From the NCBI GenBank assembly GCA_963739985.1, contig CAVUCE010000015.1, positions 6,990-70,989 of the forward strand: a stretch of 64,000 bases of DNA, read 5' to 3'. The number at the start of each line of letters is the position of its first letter. Positions within the stretch are counted from its first letter, which is position 1. The position numbers were made by a program, and so were the translations under genes. The DNA comes from an uncultured Ignavibacteriales bacterium. GTDB taxonomy: Bacteria; Bacteroidota; Ignavibacteria; Ignavibacteriales; Ignavibacteriaceae. Shown piece after piece: positions 31,454-40,842 of this stretch. The notes below the pieces were generated by a model. That model did no database searches. It worked only from the letters and a program-made list of their open reading frames with translations, and was not told the DNA's origin.

Positions 31454-32956
31454 TTAGTTATTTATTTGATTTGCCAAAGCTTTTCGATCAACTTTTCCGT
31501 TAACATTAAGTGGAAAAGTTGAAACAGAAAGAATCTTAGACGGAATCATATAATTAGGAAGTTTTGTCTTCAAGTAGCTCTCAATGTCATTCGATTTTCC
31601 ATCGAAATTTTCAACAAAAAGATAAATCTGATTATTACCGATTTTATTTTTATGAGCAACTGCAGCTACATTACTCAGTTGAGTGAACTCTCGAGTGTGA
31701 TGTTCGATTTCACTTAATTCCACTCTAAATCCTTGAATTTTAACTTGGTGATCAACTCTTCCACAATACATAAAATCATTATCCTCATCCAGGTAAGCAA
31801 GGTCTCCGGTTCTATATAATGTTGTCTCTTTCCCGTTCACTTCTTTTACAAAGAATGCTTGTTTATTCTTTTCAGGATTTTTCCAATAACCGGGAGTAAG
31901 CTGTGCACCGTAAAGACAAAGTTCGCCTCTATCACCTTTCGGTAAAATATCGCCGTTTTCGTTTACTACAACGGCTCCCATATTTTCCATCGGTTTCCCT
32001 ATTGCAACTATGCTGTTGAAATTTTTATTCTTCGCTTTGTCTCTGCTCAAATCATATGTTAAGCAAAATATGGTTGCTTCCGTAGGACCGTAAACATTTT
32101 GAACAAGAGCATTCGGTACGCATTCCATCCATTCATGAACTATATCTTCGTATAACGCTTCACCGCAGAACATAGAATAGCGCATTCTAGGCAACTTAAT
32201 CTCTTCAAAATAGGGGCGTAAATAAGCCATAATAGAAGGAACCATAAGCGCTATAGTCAATTCTTGTTCTTCTAATAAACTATAAACATAAGTATATTTT
32301 ATCCCTCCGGGAGGAACTGTATAAACGCAAGCGCCTTTGCATAAAGGAGCAATGTAGGACATTAATGATAAATCAAATGTCATGTCAAACATTTGCAAGC
32401 ATCTATCATTTTCATTTATTTCATAACCAAGTTTATAGAAAGCATCAATAAAAGAAATTAAATTTTTTCTAGTAAGTGGAACTCCTTTAGGAACACCGGT
32501 ACTGCCTGATGTAAAAAGTATATAAGCAATTTCATTTTCATCTATTTTCGGATCGTTCAGATTTATTTCAGCTTTTTGTAATGATGTTGTATCAATAAAT
32601 CTTACTTGATTTTTATCAACAGCTTCTTTAATCTCTTTTGAATCTTTGCTGTCTAAAATCATATTGATTCCGGATTGCTCAATAACAGCTAAATTTCTAT
32701 CAATCGGATTTTCAGGATTAATTGGTACGAATCCAAGTCCAGCGTATAGTATTCCAAATACAGTAGAATATGTTTCAATATCATCATTTGTAATAAAGCC
32801 TATTAATTTTTGTTCTTCTTCATTATTCTTTTCTAAATAATCTCTAATATTGGAAACTATTTGAGCTAATTCTGTATAACTATAATATTTTCCATCAATA
32901 AAAAAAGCATTTTTCTCTGGGAATTTCTGGACTGAATCCTGAATTTGATCGAGCAT
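31454..32956 (-). CDS. stand-alone amino-acid-adenylating enzyme (DltA / NRPS A-domain-like)
   Basis: Adenylation core motifs are present: ILFTSGSTGVPKGV, FDLSL (with Asp), YGPTE, YRTGDLA, GRVDHQVKIQGFRVELSEIE and NGKVDRKAL. Confidence 0.85.
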   Translation of the reverse strand: MLDQIQDSVQKFPEKNAFFIDGKYYSYTELAQIVSNIRDYLEKNNEEEQKLIGFITNDDIETYSTVFGILYAGLGFVPINPENPIDRNLAVIEQSGINMILDSKDSKEIKEAVDKNQVRFIDTTSLQKAEINLNDPKIDENEIAYILFTSGSTGVPKGVPLTRKNLISFIDAFYKLGYEINENDRCLQMFDMTFDLSLMSYIAPLCKGACVYTVPPGGIKYTYVYSLLEEQELTIALMVPSIMAYLRPYFEEIKLPRMRYSMFCGEALYEDIVHEWMECVPNALVQNVYGPTEATIFCLTYDLSRDKAKNKNFNSIVAIGKPMENMGAVVVNENGDILPKGDRGELCLYGAQLTPGYWKNPEKNKQAFFVKEVNGKETTLYRTGDLAYLDEDNDFMYCGRVDHQVKIQGFRVELSEIEHHTREFTQLSNVAAVAHKNKIGNNQIYLFVENFDGKSNDIESYLKTKLPNYMIPSKILSVSTFPLNVNGKVDRKALANQINN

Positions 32957-33186
32957 TCCTATCTCCTAATTTTTTGTTTTTAGGTATGAAATAAATTTAT
33001 GATATTCTCTGCCATATCCGCAAAGCATAGAAAATTAAGCCAAATATAACAAATAATATTCAAAAAATAATAAATGAAACTGCTTAATTATTGAGTAAAT
33101 GTGAGATTACATAATTAAAAAAATTAAGTGTTTATTATTAACTCGAAAAATTTATATTTTAAATTCATTAAATTTCGGAGTATGTA

Positions 33187-34365
33187 ATGAAGAAAGTTTT
33201 TTTCTTAGTTCCTTTATTCTTTTTCGGTACAATTTTCCCACAAAGAGAAATAAGTATGAATCAAATACAAGATATAGTGAATAATTATAAAATTGAGTAT
33301 GCGCCGGATAAACGAACTGCGCTTTTTAATATTGAGGTTGAAGGCAACGAAGGTAACTGGATATTAAATGGAGAAACTAATCTAAAAAATGCAGAAGAGA
33401 AATTAATTGAAGAGTTAAAAGCTAAAAATATTAAGTTTCAGAATAATATTGATGTTTTACCTTCTAAAAGTCTAGGTGATAAAGTTTATGCAATCATTGA
33501 TGTTTCTTCCTCGAGTATGAGGACACATCCCAAACATGCTGCTGAAATGGCTACACAGGCTTTATTGGGTTGTTATGTTGAGGTTTTTAAAAAATCAGAA
33601 AGCTGGTATTTAGTTCAAACTCCGGACAAATATATTTCCTGGGTAGAGGGTTCCAATATTACCAGGATGAATGAATCCGAGGCTGCTGCATGGCAGAACG
33701 CTGATAAGGTAATTTATACTAATGATTACGGATTTTCATTTGATGCACCGGAAGAAGATGCAAATCACGTATCAGATTTGGTAGTCGGTAACTTGCTTAA
33801 AAAATTAGGTACCGAAAATAATTTTGTCAAAGTTGGCTATCCTGATGGAAGAATAGCTTATATTCCAGAAACCTCATGCCAGGATTATGGTAAATGGTTG
33901 AAAGATCGTAAATTAAATTCAGATAATATTATAAAAGCGGCAAAACAATTTATGGGTATTCCATATCTATGGGGTGGTACTTCAGCAAAAGCTTTAGATT
34001 GCAGCGGATTTACTAGAACGGTTTTTTTCTTAAATGGTGTTTATTTACCTCGTGATGCTTCACAACAAGTTCATGTAGGGAATCCTGTTGATACAAAAAA
34101 TGGTTTTGATAAATTGGAGCCCGGAGATTTGCTATTCTTTGGTACAAAGGCAACCGATTCTACTAAAGAAAAAGTTACTCATGTGGGAATATACATTGGA
34201 AACGACGAATTCATACATGAATCAGGCAAAGTTCAAATTAATAGCTTTAATAAAAATGCAGAGAATTTTAGTTCTTACAGATTGCATCAATTTCTTAGAG
34301 CGAAGAGAGTTTTGAACTCAGTAGGAAAAAATGGTGTTGTATCATTAGAAAATGTCAAATACTAA
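33187..34365 (+). CDS. NlpC/P60 cysteine peptidase with N-terminal SH3-like domains (YkfC-like)
   Basis: Signal peptide, catalytic LDCSGFTRTVF and THVGIYIGNDEFIHES. Confidence 0.8.
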   Translation: MKKVFFLVPLFFFGTIFPQREISMNQIQDIVNNYKIEYAPDKRTALFNIEVEGNEGNWILNGETNLKNAEEKLIEELKAKNIKFQNNIDVLPSKSLGDKVYAIIDVSSSSMRTHPKHAAEMATQALLGCYVEVFKKSESWYLVQTPDKYISWVEGSNITRMNESEAAAWQNADKVIYTNDYGFSFDAPEEDANHVSDLVVGNLLKKLGTENNFVKVGYPDGRIAYIPETSCQDYGKWLKDRKLNSDNIIKAAKQFMGIPYLWGGTSAKALDCSGFTRTVFFLNGVYLPRDASQQVHVGNPVDTKNGFDKLEPGDLLFFGTKATDSTKEKVTHVGIYIGNDEFIHESGKVQINSFNKNAENFSSYRLHQFLRAKRVLNSVGKNGVVSLENVKY

Positions 34366-34493
34366 AAATATATATTAGGGGTTTATAAAAGGTACGTTGT
34401 TAAAATGATATAATTTTTGGGATGCGGCTTTATAAAAATGTAGCATCCCGATTCAAATCTTTTTTAGAATAAATTAACTGGATCAATCTTAAA

Positions 34494-35519
34494 ATGAGCG
34501 GAAAACTAAAATTATCTTATAAACCATACACGTTAGAGTTGAAACACGTTTTTACTGTAGCAACTAATTCAAGATCAACAACACCAATTGTTTTAACTGA
34601 AATAGAATATGACGGAGTTGTTGGATATGGAGAGGCGTCGATGCCTCCTTATCTGGGAGAATCACACGAGACAGTGTTAAAGTTTTTATCCAAAGTTGAT
34701 CTATCCAAATACGATAATGTTTTCGAACTGGATAATATATTATCGGATATTGATAAAATTGAACCCGGAAATAATGCTGCAAAAGCATCATTGGACATTG
34801 CTTTACATGATCTCATCGGTAAGTTGATGGGGCAGTCGTGGTATAACATCTGGGGAATTGATAAAGCAAAAACACCTTATACTTCATTTACAATTGGAAT
34901 TGACACAGCTGAAGTTGTAAAGAAAAAAGTTAAAGAAGCGGATGAATTCAAAGTTTTAAAAGTTAAACTCGGTCGAGAAAACGATAAAGAAATGATAGAA
35001 ACCATCCGTGCAGCAACTGACCGTCCTTTGTCAGTAGATGCTAACCAAGGCTGGAAGGATAAGCATTTAGCTTTGGATATGATACATTGGTTGAATGAGA
35101 AGAATGTTTTATTTATAGAACAACCGATGCCCAAAGAACAAGTAGATGATATGGCGTGGTTAACTGAAAATAGTCCACTGCCTACAATTGCAGATGAGGC
35201 AGTTAGAAGATTAGCCGATGTGCCTTCTGCAAAAGGAGTTTACACCGGAATTAACATAAAATTGATGAAATGTACCGGAATGCGGGAAGCTCATAAAATG
35301 ATAATTTTAGCTCGCGGATTAGGAATGAAGGTTATGTTAGGATGTATGACGGAAACCTCGTGTGCAATTTCAGCAGCTGCACAATTATCACCCTGGGTTG
35401 ATTGGGCTGATCTTGACGGCGCTTTATTGATAAGTAACGATGTTTATGAAGGAACAAAAATTGTAAATGGAAAAGTGGAGTTGAGCGATTTACCTGGTAT
35501 TGGAATTAAGAAATTGTGA
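34494..35519 (+). CDS. dipeptide epimerase (L-Ala-D/L-Glu epimerase-like, enolase superfamily)
   Basis: KVLKVKLG, SVDANQGW, LFIEQP and IADEA metal/acid-base positions. It is paired with the NlpC/P60 gene, as in the B. subtilis ykfB/ykfC pair. Confidence 0.8.
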   Translation: MSGKLKLSYKPYTLELKHVFTVATNSRSTTPIVLTEIEYDGVVGYGEASMPPYLGESHETVLKFLSKVDLSKYDNVFELDNILSDIDKIEPGNNAAKASLDIALHDLIGKLMGQSWYNIWGIDKAKTPYTSFTIGIDTAEVVKKKVKEADEFKVLKVKLGRENDKEMIETIRAATDRPLSVDANQGWKDKHLALDMIHWLNEKNVLFIEQPMPKEQVDDMAWLTENSPLPTIADEAVRRLADVPSAKGVYTGINIKLMKCTGMREAHKMIILARGLGMKVMLGCMTETSCAISAAAQLSPWVDWADLDGALLISNDVYEGTKIVNGKVELSDLPGIGIKKL

Positions 35520-35696
35520 AACCAAATTTAATTAAAAGCAACTAACACAAGAAATTAAATTGTAATTTTTAAAAGAAATTATAAGTTTGTAATATAAATT
35601 TTTTAGGACCTGGCAAATTTTTCAAATTGATAGATACTATAACTGATTTTATTATTGAAAATTTAATTATTAAATTAAATTAGACAAACGAGAAAG

Positions 35697-36338
35697 TTGA
35701 AGGTTAAGGATATGGCGAAAAATTTTGTATCTAATGATGATGTTACAGTAAGAATGTTTAAAAGTCCTTATATGGAAGCCCTATCAAAAGTACATCCTTC
35801 GGTTCCGGTAATTATATATGTACCGGTAATTAGTTATTTTATTTACAGAGCTATTGCGATTTTTGATCTTACTTTTTCTAATATTTTATTATTTATTCTG
35901 ATTGGTATAGTTGTTTGGACTTTTACCGAATATACTCTTCATCGTTTTATATTTCATTACAAGCCAAAATCGAATTTTGGCCGGAAGATACATTTTATCT
36001 TTCACGGAGTTCACCACGATTATCCAAATGACTCAAGAAGATTGGTGATGCCGCCGTCGGTTAGTATTCCACTAGCGACGCTGTTTTATTTCTTATTTTT
36101 AGAAATTATTGGCGTTAGATTCGTAGCACCTTTTTTTGTCGGATTTTTAACCGGATATCTGTTTTATGATCTGACACATTACGCTGTACATCATTTCCAA
36201 ATTCATAGTAAATTTTGGCTCACTTTGAAGAAACATCATATGAGACATCACTATCAAGATGAAAGTAAGGGGTTTGGAGTTAGCTCGCCGATCTGGGATG
36301 ATATAATTGGTACTAATTTTTCTAAAACCAATAAGTGA
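35697..36338 (+). CDS. fatty acid hydroxylase / sterol desaturase-family membrane di-iron enzyme
   Basis: Histidine boxes HRFIFH, HGVHHDYP and HHMRHHY. The TTG start comes from the track; ATG at 35712 is an alternative. Confidence 0.75.
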   Translation: MKVKDMAKNFVSNDDVTVRMFKSPYMEALSKVHPSVPVIIYVPVISYFIYRAIAIFDLTFSNILLFILIGIVVWTFTEYTLHRFIFHYKPKSNFGRKIHFIFHGVHHDYPNDSRRLVMPPSVSIPLATLFYFLFLEIIGVRFVAPFFVGFLTGYLFYDLTHYAVHHFQIHSKFWLTLKKHHMRHHYQDESKGFGVSSPIWDDIIGTNFSKTNK

Positions 36339-36757
36339 AAATCCAAATGGAAAATTCAGGGGACGGTAAAATAATATCAAATTCAAAGAAGAAGATATTA
36401 GTTATAGAAGATAATATTGAATCACAATTGATCTTTAAAATTTATTTGCGTGAAGATTATGATGTCGAAATAGTAGATACCGGAGAAAAAGGACTTGATA
36501 AGCTACAAAATTGTGACTATGATCTGTTAGTTTTAGATGTTCACTTACCAGGCAAATATGATGGTATGAAAGTTTTAATGGAACTTAAAAAATTAGAAAA
36601 TAAAAACAGTAAAATACCGACGGTTGTAGTTACAGCTTATGCAATTCAAGGATATAAAGAAAATTTTCTGTCTCACGGCGTACATTCATTTTTAACAAAA
36701 CCCATTGATAAGAACACGCTTTTAGCGGAAATACAAAAATCATTAATACTAAACTAG
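36335..36757 (+). CDS. single-domain response regulator (CheY-like receiver)
   Basis: ILVIEDN ... DLLVLDVHLPG ... VVVTA ... FLTKP give the receiver Asp and Lys positions. The GTG start overlaps the upstream stop; ATG at 36347 is an alternative. Confidence 0.85.
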   Translation: MKIQMENSGDGKIISNSKKKILVIEDNIESQLIFKIYLREDYDVEIVDTGEKGLDKLQNCDYDLLVLDVHLPGKYDGMKVLMELKKLENKNSKIPTVVVTAYAIQGYKENFLSHGVHSFLTKPIDKNTLLAEIQKSLILN

Positions 36758-36825
36758 ATAAATGCAAAACGATTCGCGTTTAATTTTATCTCGCCATCTA
36801 AACAATTACAATTCAAATTTGATTA

Positions 36826-38475
36826 ATGCATAAATTGAAATTCTTATTAATAATCTCTCTCGCACTTCTATCATTCAGTTGCTCAGCGCAGATAACACAT
36901 CCTGTATATATTCGTGCTAACCAGGTTGGATATCTACCAAACGATTTTAAAACCGCGGTTGCATTCTCAAAATATCCTGTAGAGGAAAATCAGTTTAATA
37001 TCCTTAATAAAAAAGACGGGGAAGAAGTATATTCCGGAAAATTAGAAATTAGTAATGAAAATTATGGGGACTTCAAATATTGCTATACTCTGAACTTTTC
37101 TAGGCTTAATAAAAATGGTAATTATGAAATAGAAATTGGAAAACAAAAATCTTTTGCCTTTTCAATTGGGAATAAAATATTTGACAATATCGCCGATTCA
37201 TTATTATTGTTCTTCAAAGTTCAGAGATGCGGACCTACTAATCCATTAATGCATAAACCATGTCACTTATCTGATGTTTCAAGATTAGTTGGTGATCCAA
37301 ATTATCATGGTGCCGTTGATGTAACCGGAGGATGGCACGATGCAGGTGACTATATCAAGTTTCTTTCAACTACCGCTTATGCAACATACATGATGATATT
37401 TTCTTACGAATTTGATCCTGTTAAATATGGTTTTGATGATAATCATGATGGTGTCCCTGATCTTTTAGCTGAAGCAAAAATAGGACTTGATTGGTTGTTG
37501 CGATGTAACTATTCCAAATACAAATTGATTACTCAAGTTCAAAATTTGAGAGATCATGATGTGGGTTGGAGAATGCCATCTGCAGATACTTTACGTTATG
37601 ATAGGCCAGGCTACGTTAGTATGGGTAAAAATCAAATCGGAATTTTTACCGCCGTTATGGCTATTGCTTCTAGAGTTTGGGCCGATAAATTTCAAAAGTA
37701 TGATTTCTCGCAGAAATGTCTTCAAGCTGCTGAAAATATTTATTCTATTAGAAATGATGTTCCTAATATCGATAGCACTAAATCCGGATTTTATCAGGAT
37801 AATGCTTTCTGGGGAAAAATGGCATTAGGCGCAGTTGAACTTTATACAACTACTAAAAAACATGAATATTTTATCGATGCTAAAACTTACGCAGATAGCG
37901 CCGGTTCTGATTATTGGTGGAGTTGGGGAAATATAAATTCACTTGCAGATTATAAAATTGCAAAATATGAACCGAGATTCGCCGATTACATTTTAAATAA
38001 TCTTAAAGTTTTTAATGCTAAAAAGGATTCTTCTGTTTTTAGAGAAGGGATGCCTTATGTTTGGGGAACGACAAATTCTTTGCTTGGTATATCATTGCAA
38101 GCGATATTATACAAAACTTTAACCGGTAGTCATAGGTTTGATTCGCTTGAAGTTTATGAAAGAGATTATGTACTAGGAAGAAATCCCTGGGGCTTGTCTT
38201 TTATATATAATATTGGAACTATGTTTCCAAAACATTTGCATAACCAAATTGCTTATTTTCATAATGGATATTTACCCGGTGGTTTATCTGCCGGTGCAGC
38301 ACCTGAAAATATACTTAAGGAGTTTGATATTAAACGATCAAATAATAAGTACACTATGTTTAATACGGATTCCATAAAATATTATGATGATAGAAACGAT
38401 TATATAACAAATGAACCGACGATAACCGGAAATGCTACTGCAATTTTTGTATACGGTTATTTTAGTAATAGATAG
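36826..38475 (+). CDS. secreted glycoside hydrolase family 9 enzyme with an N-terminal Ig-like domain
   Basis: Signal peptide, then the GH9 signature DVTGGWHDAGDYIKF, and C-terminal YYDDRNDYITNEPTI. Confidence 0.85.
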   Translation: MHKLKFLLIISLALLSFSCSAQITHPVYIRANQVGYLPNDFKTAVAFSKYPVEENQFNILNKKDGEEVYSGKLEISNENYGDFKYCYTLNFSRLNKNGNYEIEIGKQKSFAFSIGNKIFDNIADSLLLFFKVQRCGPTNPLMHKPCHLSDVSRLVGDPNYHGAVDVTGGWHDAGDYIKFLSTTAYATYMMIFSYEFDPVKYGFDDNHDGVPDLLAEAKIGLDWLLRCNYSKYKLITQVQNLRDHDVGWRMPSADTLRYDRPGYVSMGKNQIGIFTAVMAIASRVWADKFQKYDFSQKCLQAAENIYSIRNDVPNIDSTKSGFYQDNAFWGKMALGAVELYTTTKKHEYFIDAKTYADSAGSDYWWSWGNINSLADYKIAKYEPRFADYILNNLKVFNAKKDSSVFREGMPYVWGTTNSLLGISLQAILYKTLTGSHRFDSLEVYERDYVLGRNPWGLSFIYNIGTMFPKHLHNQIAYFHNGYLPGGLSAGAAPENILKEFDIKRSNNKYTMFNTDSIKYYDDRNDYITNEPTITGNATAIFVYGYFSNR

Positions 38476-38768
38476 TTATTTCATATTTCTGTGCTACTTT
38501 CCTGAACTTTATTCTGTTAATGTCATTTTTCTGATGAACTCCAGATAATCAAAAAATATTTTTTACAAAAACTCATTATATATCTCGTTTATTATAGTTT
38601 TATTATAGTCTCATCTCAGAACTAAGTTTTATTTGTACACCAGTTTTTAAATGTTGCATTTTAATACAGCAAATTTCTAATGTCTCTATTTAAATCACAA
38701 TATTTAACTAAATATATAAAAATGGTTTAATTATAAGCACTTAAGGTGTCGGCATAATATTTGGAATT

Positions 38769-39536
38769 TTGTATGGAAAAATGAATGGAGCAACGTTGAA
38801 GAAGATAAAATTATTGAATTCAGGTTTGCCAATGATAGATAAAGCTTGGGGAGGATTTTATCGGGCAGCAACATATTTAATGATCGGACAAAGAAAATCC
38901 GGTCGAACATCTTTAGCATTACAGTTTGCAAAAGAATGTGTTAAACAAAAAGAAGTTTGTCTTTACATAACAAATATTCGTCCTAAAGAATTATTAATTC
39001 ACGCCTCTTCGATAGATTTTGATCTTCAAGAAGCAATGAATAAAAACGAAGTTATCGTTGTAAAAGTTGTTCCACCTACAGGAACTGAAATTTCAACAAA
39101 CCCAGATCAATTTTTAGCAGAATATTTAAAAGATATTATTACAGTTGTAGATGAATATCAGCCAACCAAAATTGTATTTGATGAATTAACTCCTTTTATC
39201 GAGTTTGAAAATCCCGACTACTTACATGATGTTTTTGCCCAGACAATTGAAGAAATTGAAGATATGGGAATCACTAACTTTTTCGTCTTAAGCGATCCGG
39301 CTACCGAACCAGCAGTTGAATTAATTGAATCATTAGTCAGTGCATCAACAGGTGTAATTTATTTGAAGAAAGATGATGAAGGAACCAGTGGAGAGATAAC
39401 TATTACTCCCAATGTTGGTCATCCCGAGGGTAAGTTTAAAGCAAAATACAAAATTGAACCTTATATAGGAATGACATTTGATGAGAACAAAGTTCCGGAA
39501 TCACCGAGCAAAAATACTTCTATTAAAGAGTTATAA
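38769..39536 (+). CDS. KaiC/RecA-like P-loop-fold protein with degenerate Walker A (GQRKSGRT)
   Basis: LPMIDKAWGGFYRAATYLMIGQRKSGRTSLALQF... aligns by eye to the KaiC/RadA pattern G.D...GG...G...L..G..G.GKT...LQF, but has Arg in place of the P-loop Lys. A Walker-B-like KIVFDELTPF is present. It is a paralog of the N-terminal half of 39586-40842. Confidence 0.65.
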   Translation: MYGKMNGATLKKIKLLNSGLPMIDKAWGGFYRAATYLMIGQRKSGRTSLALQFAKECVKQKEVCLYITNIRPKELLIHASSIDFDLQEAMNKNEVIVVKVVPPTGTEISTNPDQFLAEYLKDIITVVDEYQPTKIVFDELTPFIEFENPDYLHDVFAQTIEEIEDMGITNFFVLSDPATEPAVELIESLVSASTGVIYLKKDDEGTSGEITITPNVGHPEGKFKAKYKIEPYIGMTFDENKVPESPSKNTSIKEL

Positions 39537-39585
39537 AATTTTAAGTATATGATCAAATATTATTTAATAATAGATAAGTTATAAG

Positions 39586-40842
39586 ATGCGACAAAAGATA
39601 CAAATCAGCCGTTCTGGAATAATGCTAGTAGATAAAGCATGGGGAGGATTTTACCGTGGAGGCACCTATTTACTAATCGGTCCTCGAAAATCCGGTAGAA
39701 CTTTACTTAGCCTTCAGTACGCGATGGAAAGCGCACGCCAAAAGGAAGTCTGCTTATACTTTACGAGTATGCGTCCAAAGGACTTGATGATCCAAGCAGC
39801 CTCAATAGACTTTGATCTTCAGCATTATATGAACCAAAACTTGATCATAGTAGTAAGAGTGGCGCCACCATCAGACTTATACGAGGTAGGCAACCCGGAT
39901 GAGTTTTTGGTAGAGTATCTTAACGACATAGTCACAGTAGTAGACCAGTACCAGCCAAATAAAATAGTATTTGACGAGTTAACGCCATTTATCGGTTTCA
40001 GTAACGTAGATCTTTTAGAGGAAGTCTACTCCAGAACAGCCGAAACGATAGAGGATATAGGTATAACAAGTTTATTTACGGTAGGAGATCCGGCCACACC
40101 GGCAGCCAGTCATATAGTAGACGCATTGGCCAATCACTCCACCGGCATCATATACCTAAAGAAGTCGGAAGAAGACGAGTTGACTGAAATGGGCAGAACG
40201 CAAGGCGGGAAGATGATCATAACGCCAAACATCGGCCATACAGAAGGAAAGTTCAGCTCAAATTATTATATAGAGCCGTACCGCGGCATCACTGTAGATT
40301 ACGGAAATGAAGAAAGTAATAGTTACGGAGAATCTTCCGGTAGCGTCACACAGTCCCGCAAGTATAAATCGCTAGCAGAGATAGATTTGCCGAACGAGCA
40401 AGTATCTTTCTCTAACATATATACCATGAACGATTTCAATTTAATCTTAAATAACCAGATAGCCTTGTATAAGAGTACCGGTCAGATATTTACAATAATC
40501 TCATTCCGATTGGATTTTACGGCAGAGAAGTTGGGATTATTGACTATCAGCCAGTTACAGAACGCAGTTCGTTTATCCACGGATAAGAAGGATAAGATCT
40601 GCATAATCAACGATAAGGTTATAGTTTTAGTAACGAAGGATGACCCCAAGGGTATCAACTTCTTTATAGGTAAGATAAAGAGCAATCTTCCGAACAGCGA
40701 ACCGGGTTACTTGAGCCGTGTTCTTCAGTATATTTCTGTTTACGCAGTAAAGGTAGATGATCGAGTTCAGAGTGCAGAAGACATATTGGGTCAGTTATTA
40801 TCGGAAGATATCCCGGAAAAAAACAAATTAGGATTTCACTAG
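39586..40842 (+). CDS. KaiC/RecA-like (degenerate P-loop GPRKSGRT) fused to a degenerate GGDEF-like C-terminal domain, copy 1
   Basis: The N-terminal half resembles 38769-39536. The C-terminal roughly 130 aa (MNDFNLILNNQIALYKSTGQIFTIISFRLDF...RLSTDKKDKICIINDKVIVLV...FIGKIK) follows the GGDEF-domain secondary-structure and hydrophobic pattern, with INDK where GGDEF would sit. Confidence 0.6.
   Translation: MRQKIQISRSGIMLVDKAWGGFYRGGTYLLIGPRKSGRTLLSLQYAMESARQKEVCLYFTSMRPKDLMIQAASIDFDLQHYMNQNLIIVVRVAPPSDLYEVGNPDEFLVEYLNDIVTVVDQYQPNKIVFDELTPFIGFSNVDLLEEVYSRTAETIEDIGITSLFTVGDPATPAASHIVDALANHSTGIIYLKKSEEDELTEMGRTQGGKMIITPNIGHTEGKFSSNYYIEPYRGITVDYGNEESNSYGESSGSVTQSRKYKSLAEIDLPNEQVSFSNIYTMNDFNLILNNQIALYKSTGQIFTIISFRLDFTAEKLGLLTISQLQNAVRLSTDKKDKICIINDKVIVLVTKDDPKGINFFIGKIKSNLPNSEPGYLSRVLQYISVYAVKVDDRVQSAEDILGQLLSEDIPEKNKLGFH

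Noticed and set aside
34419-34449. Hairpin GGGATGC...GCATCCC after the NlpC/P60 gene, as a terminator
   Set aside because: The stem is only 7 bp with a 17-nt loop, and the T-run is about 11 nt away. The next gene (the epimerase) is functionally linked, so read-through is likely. The evidence is too weak to call.
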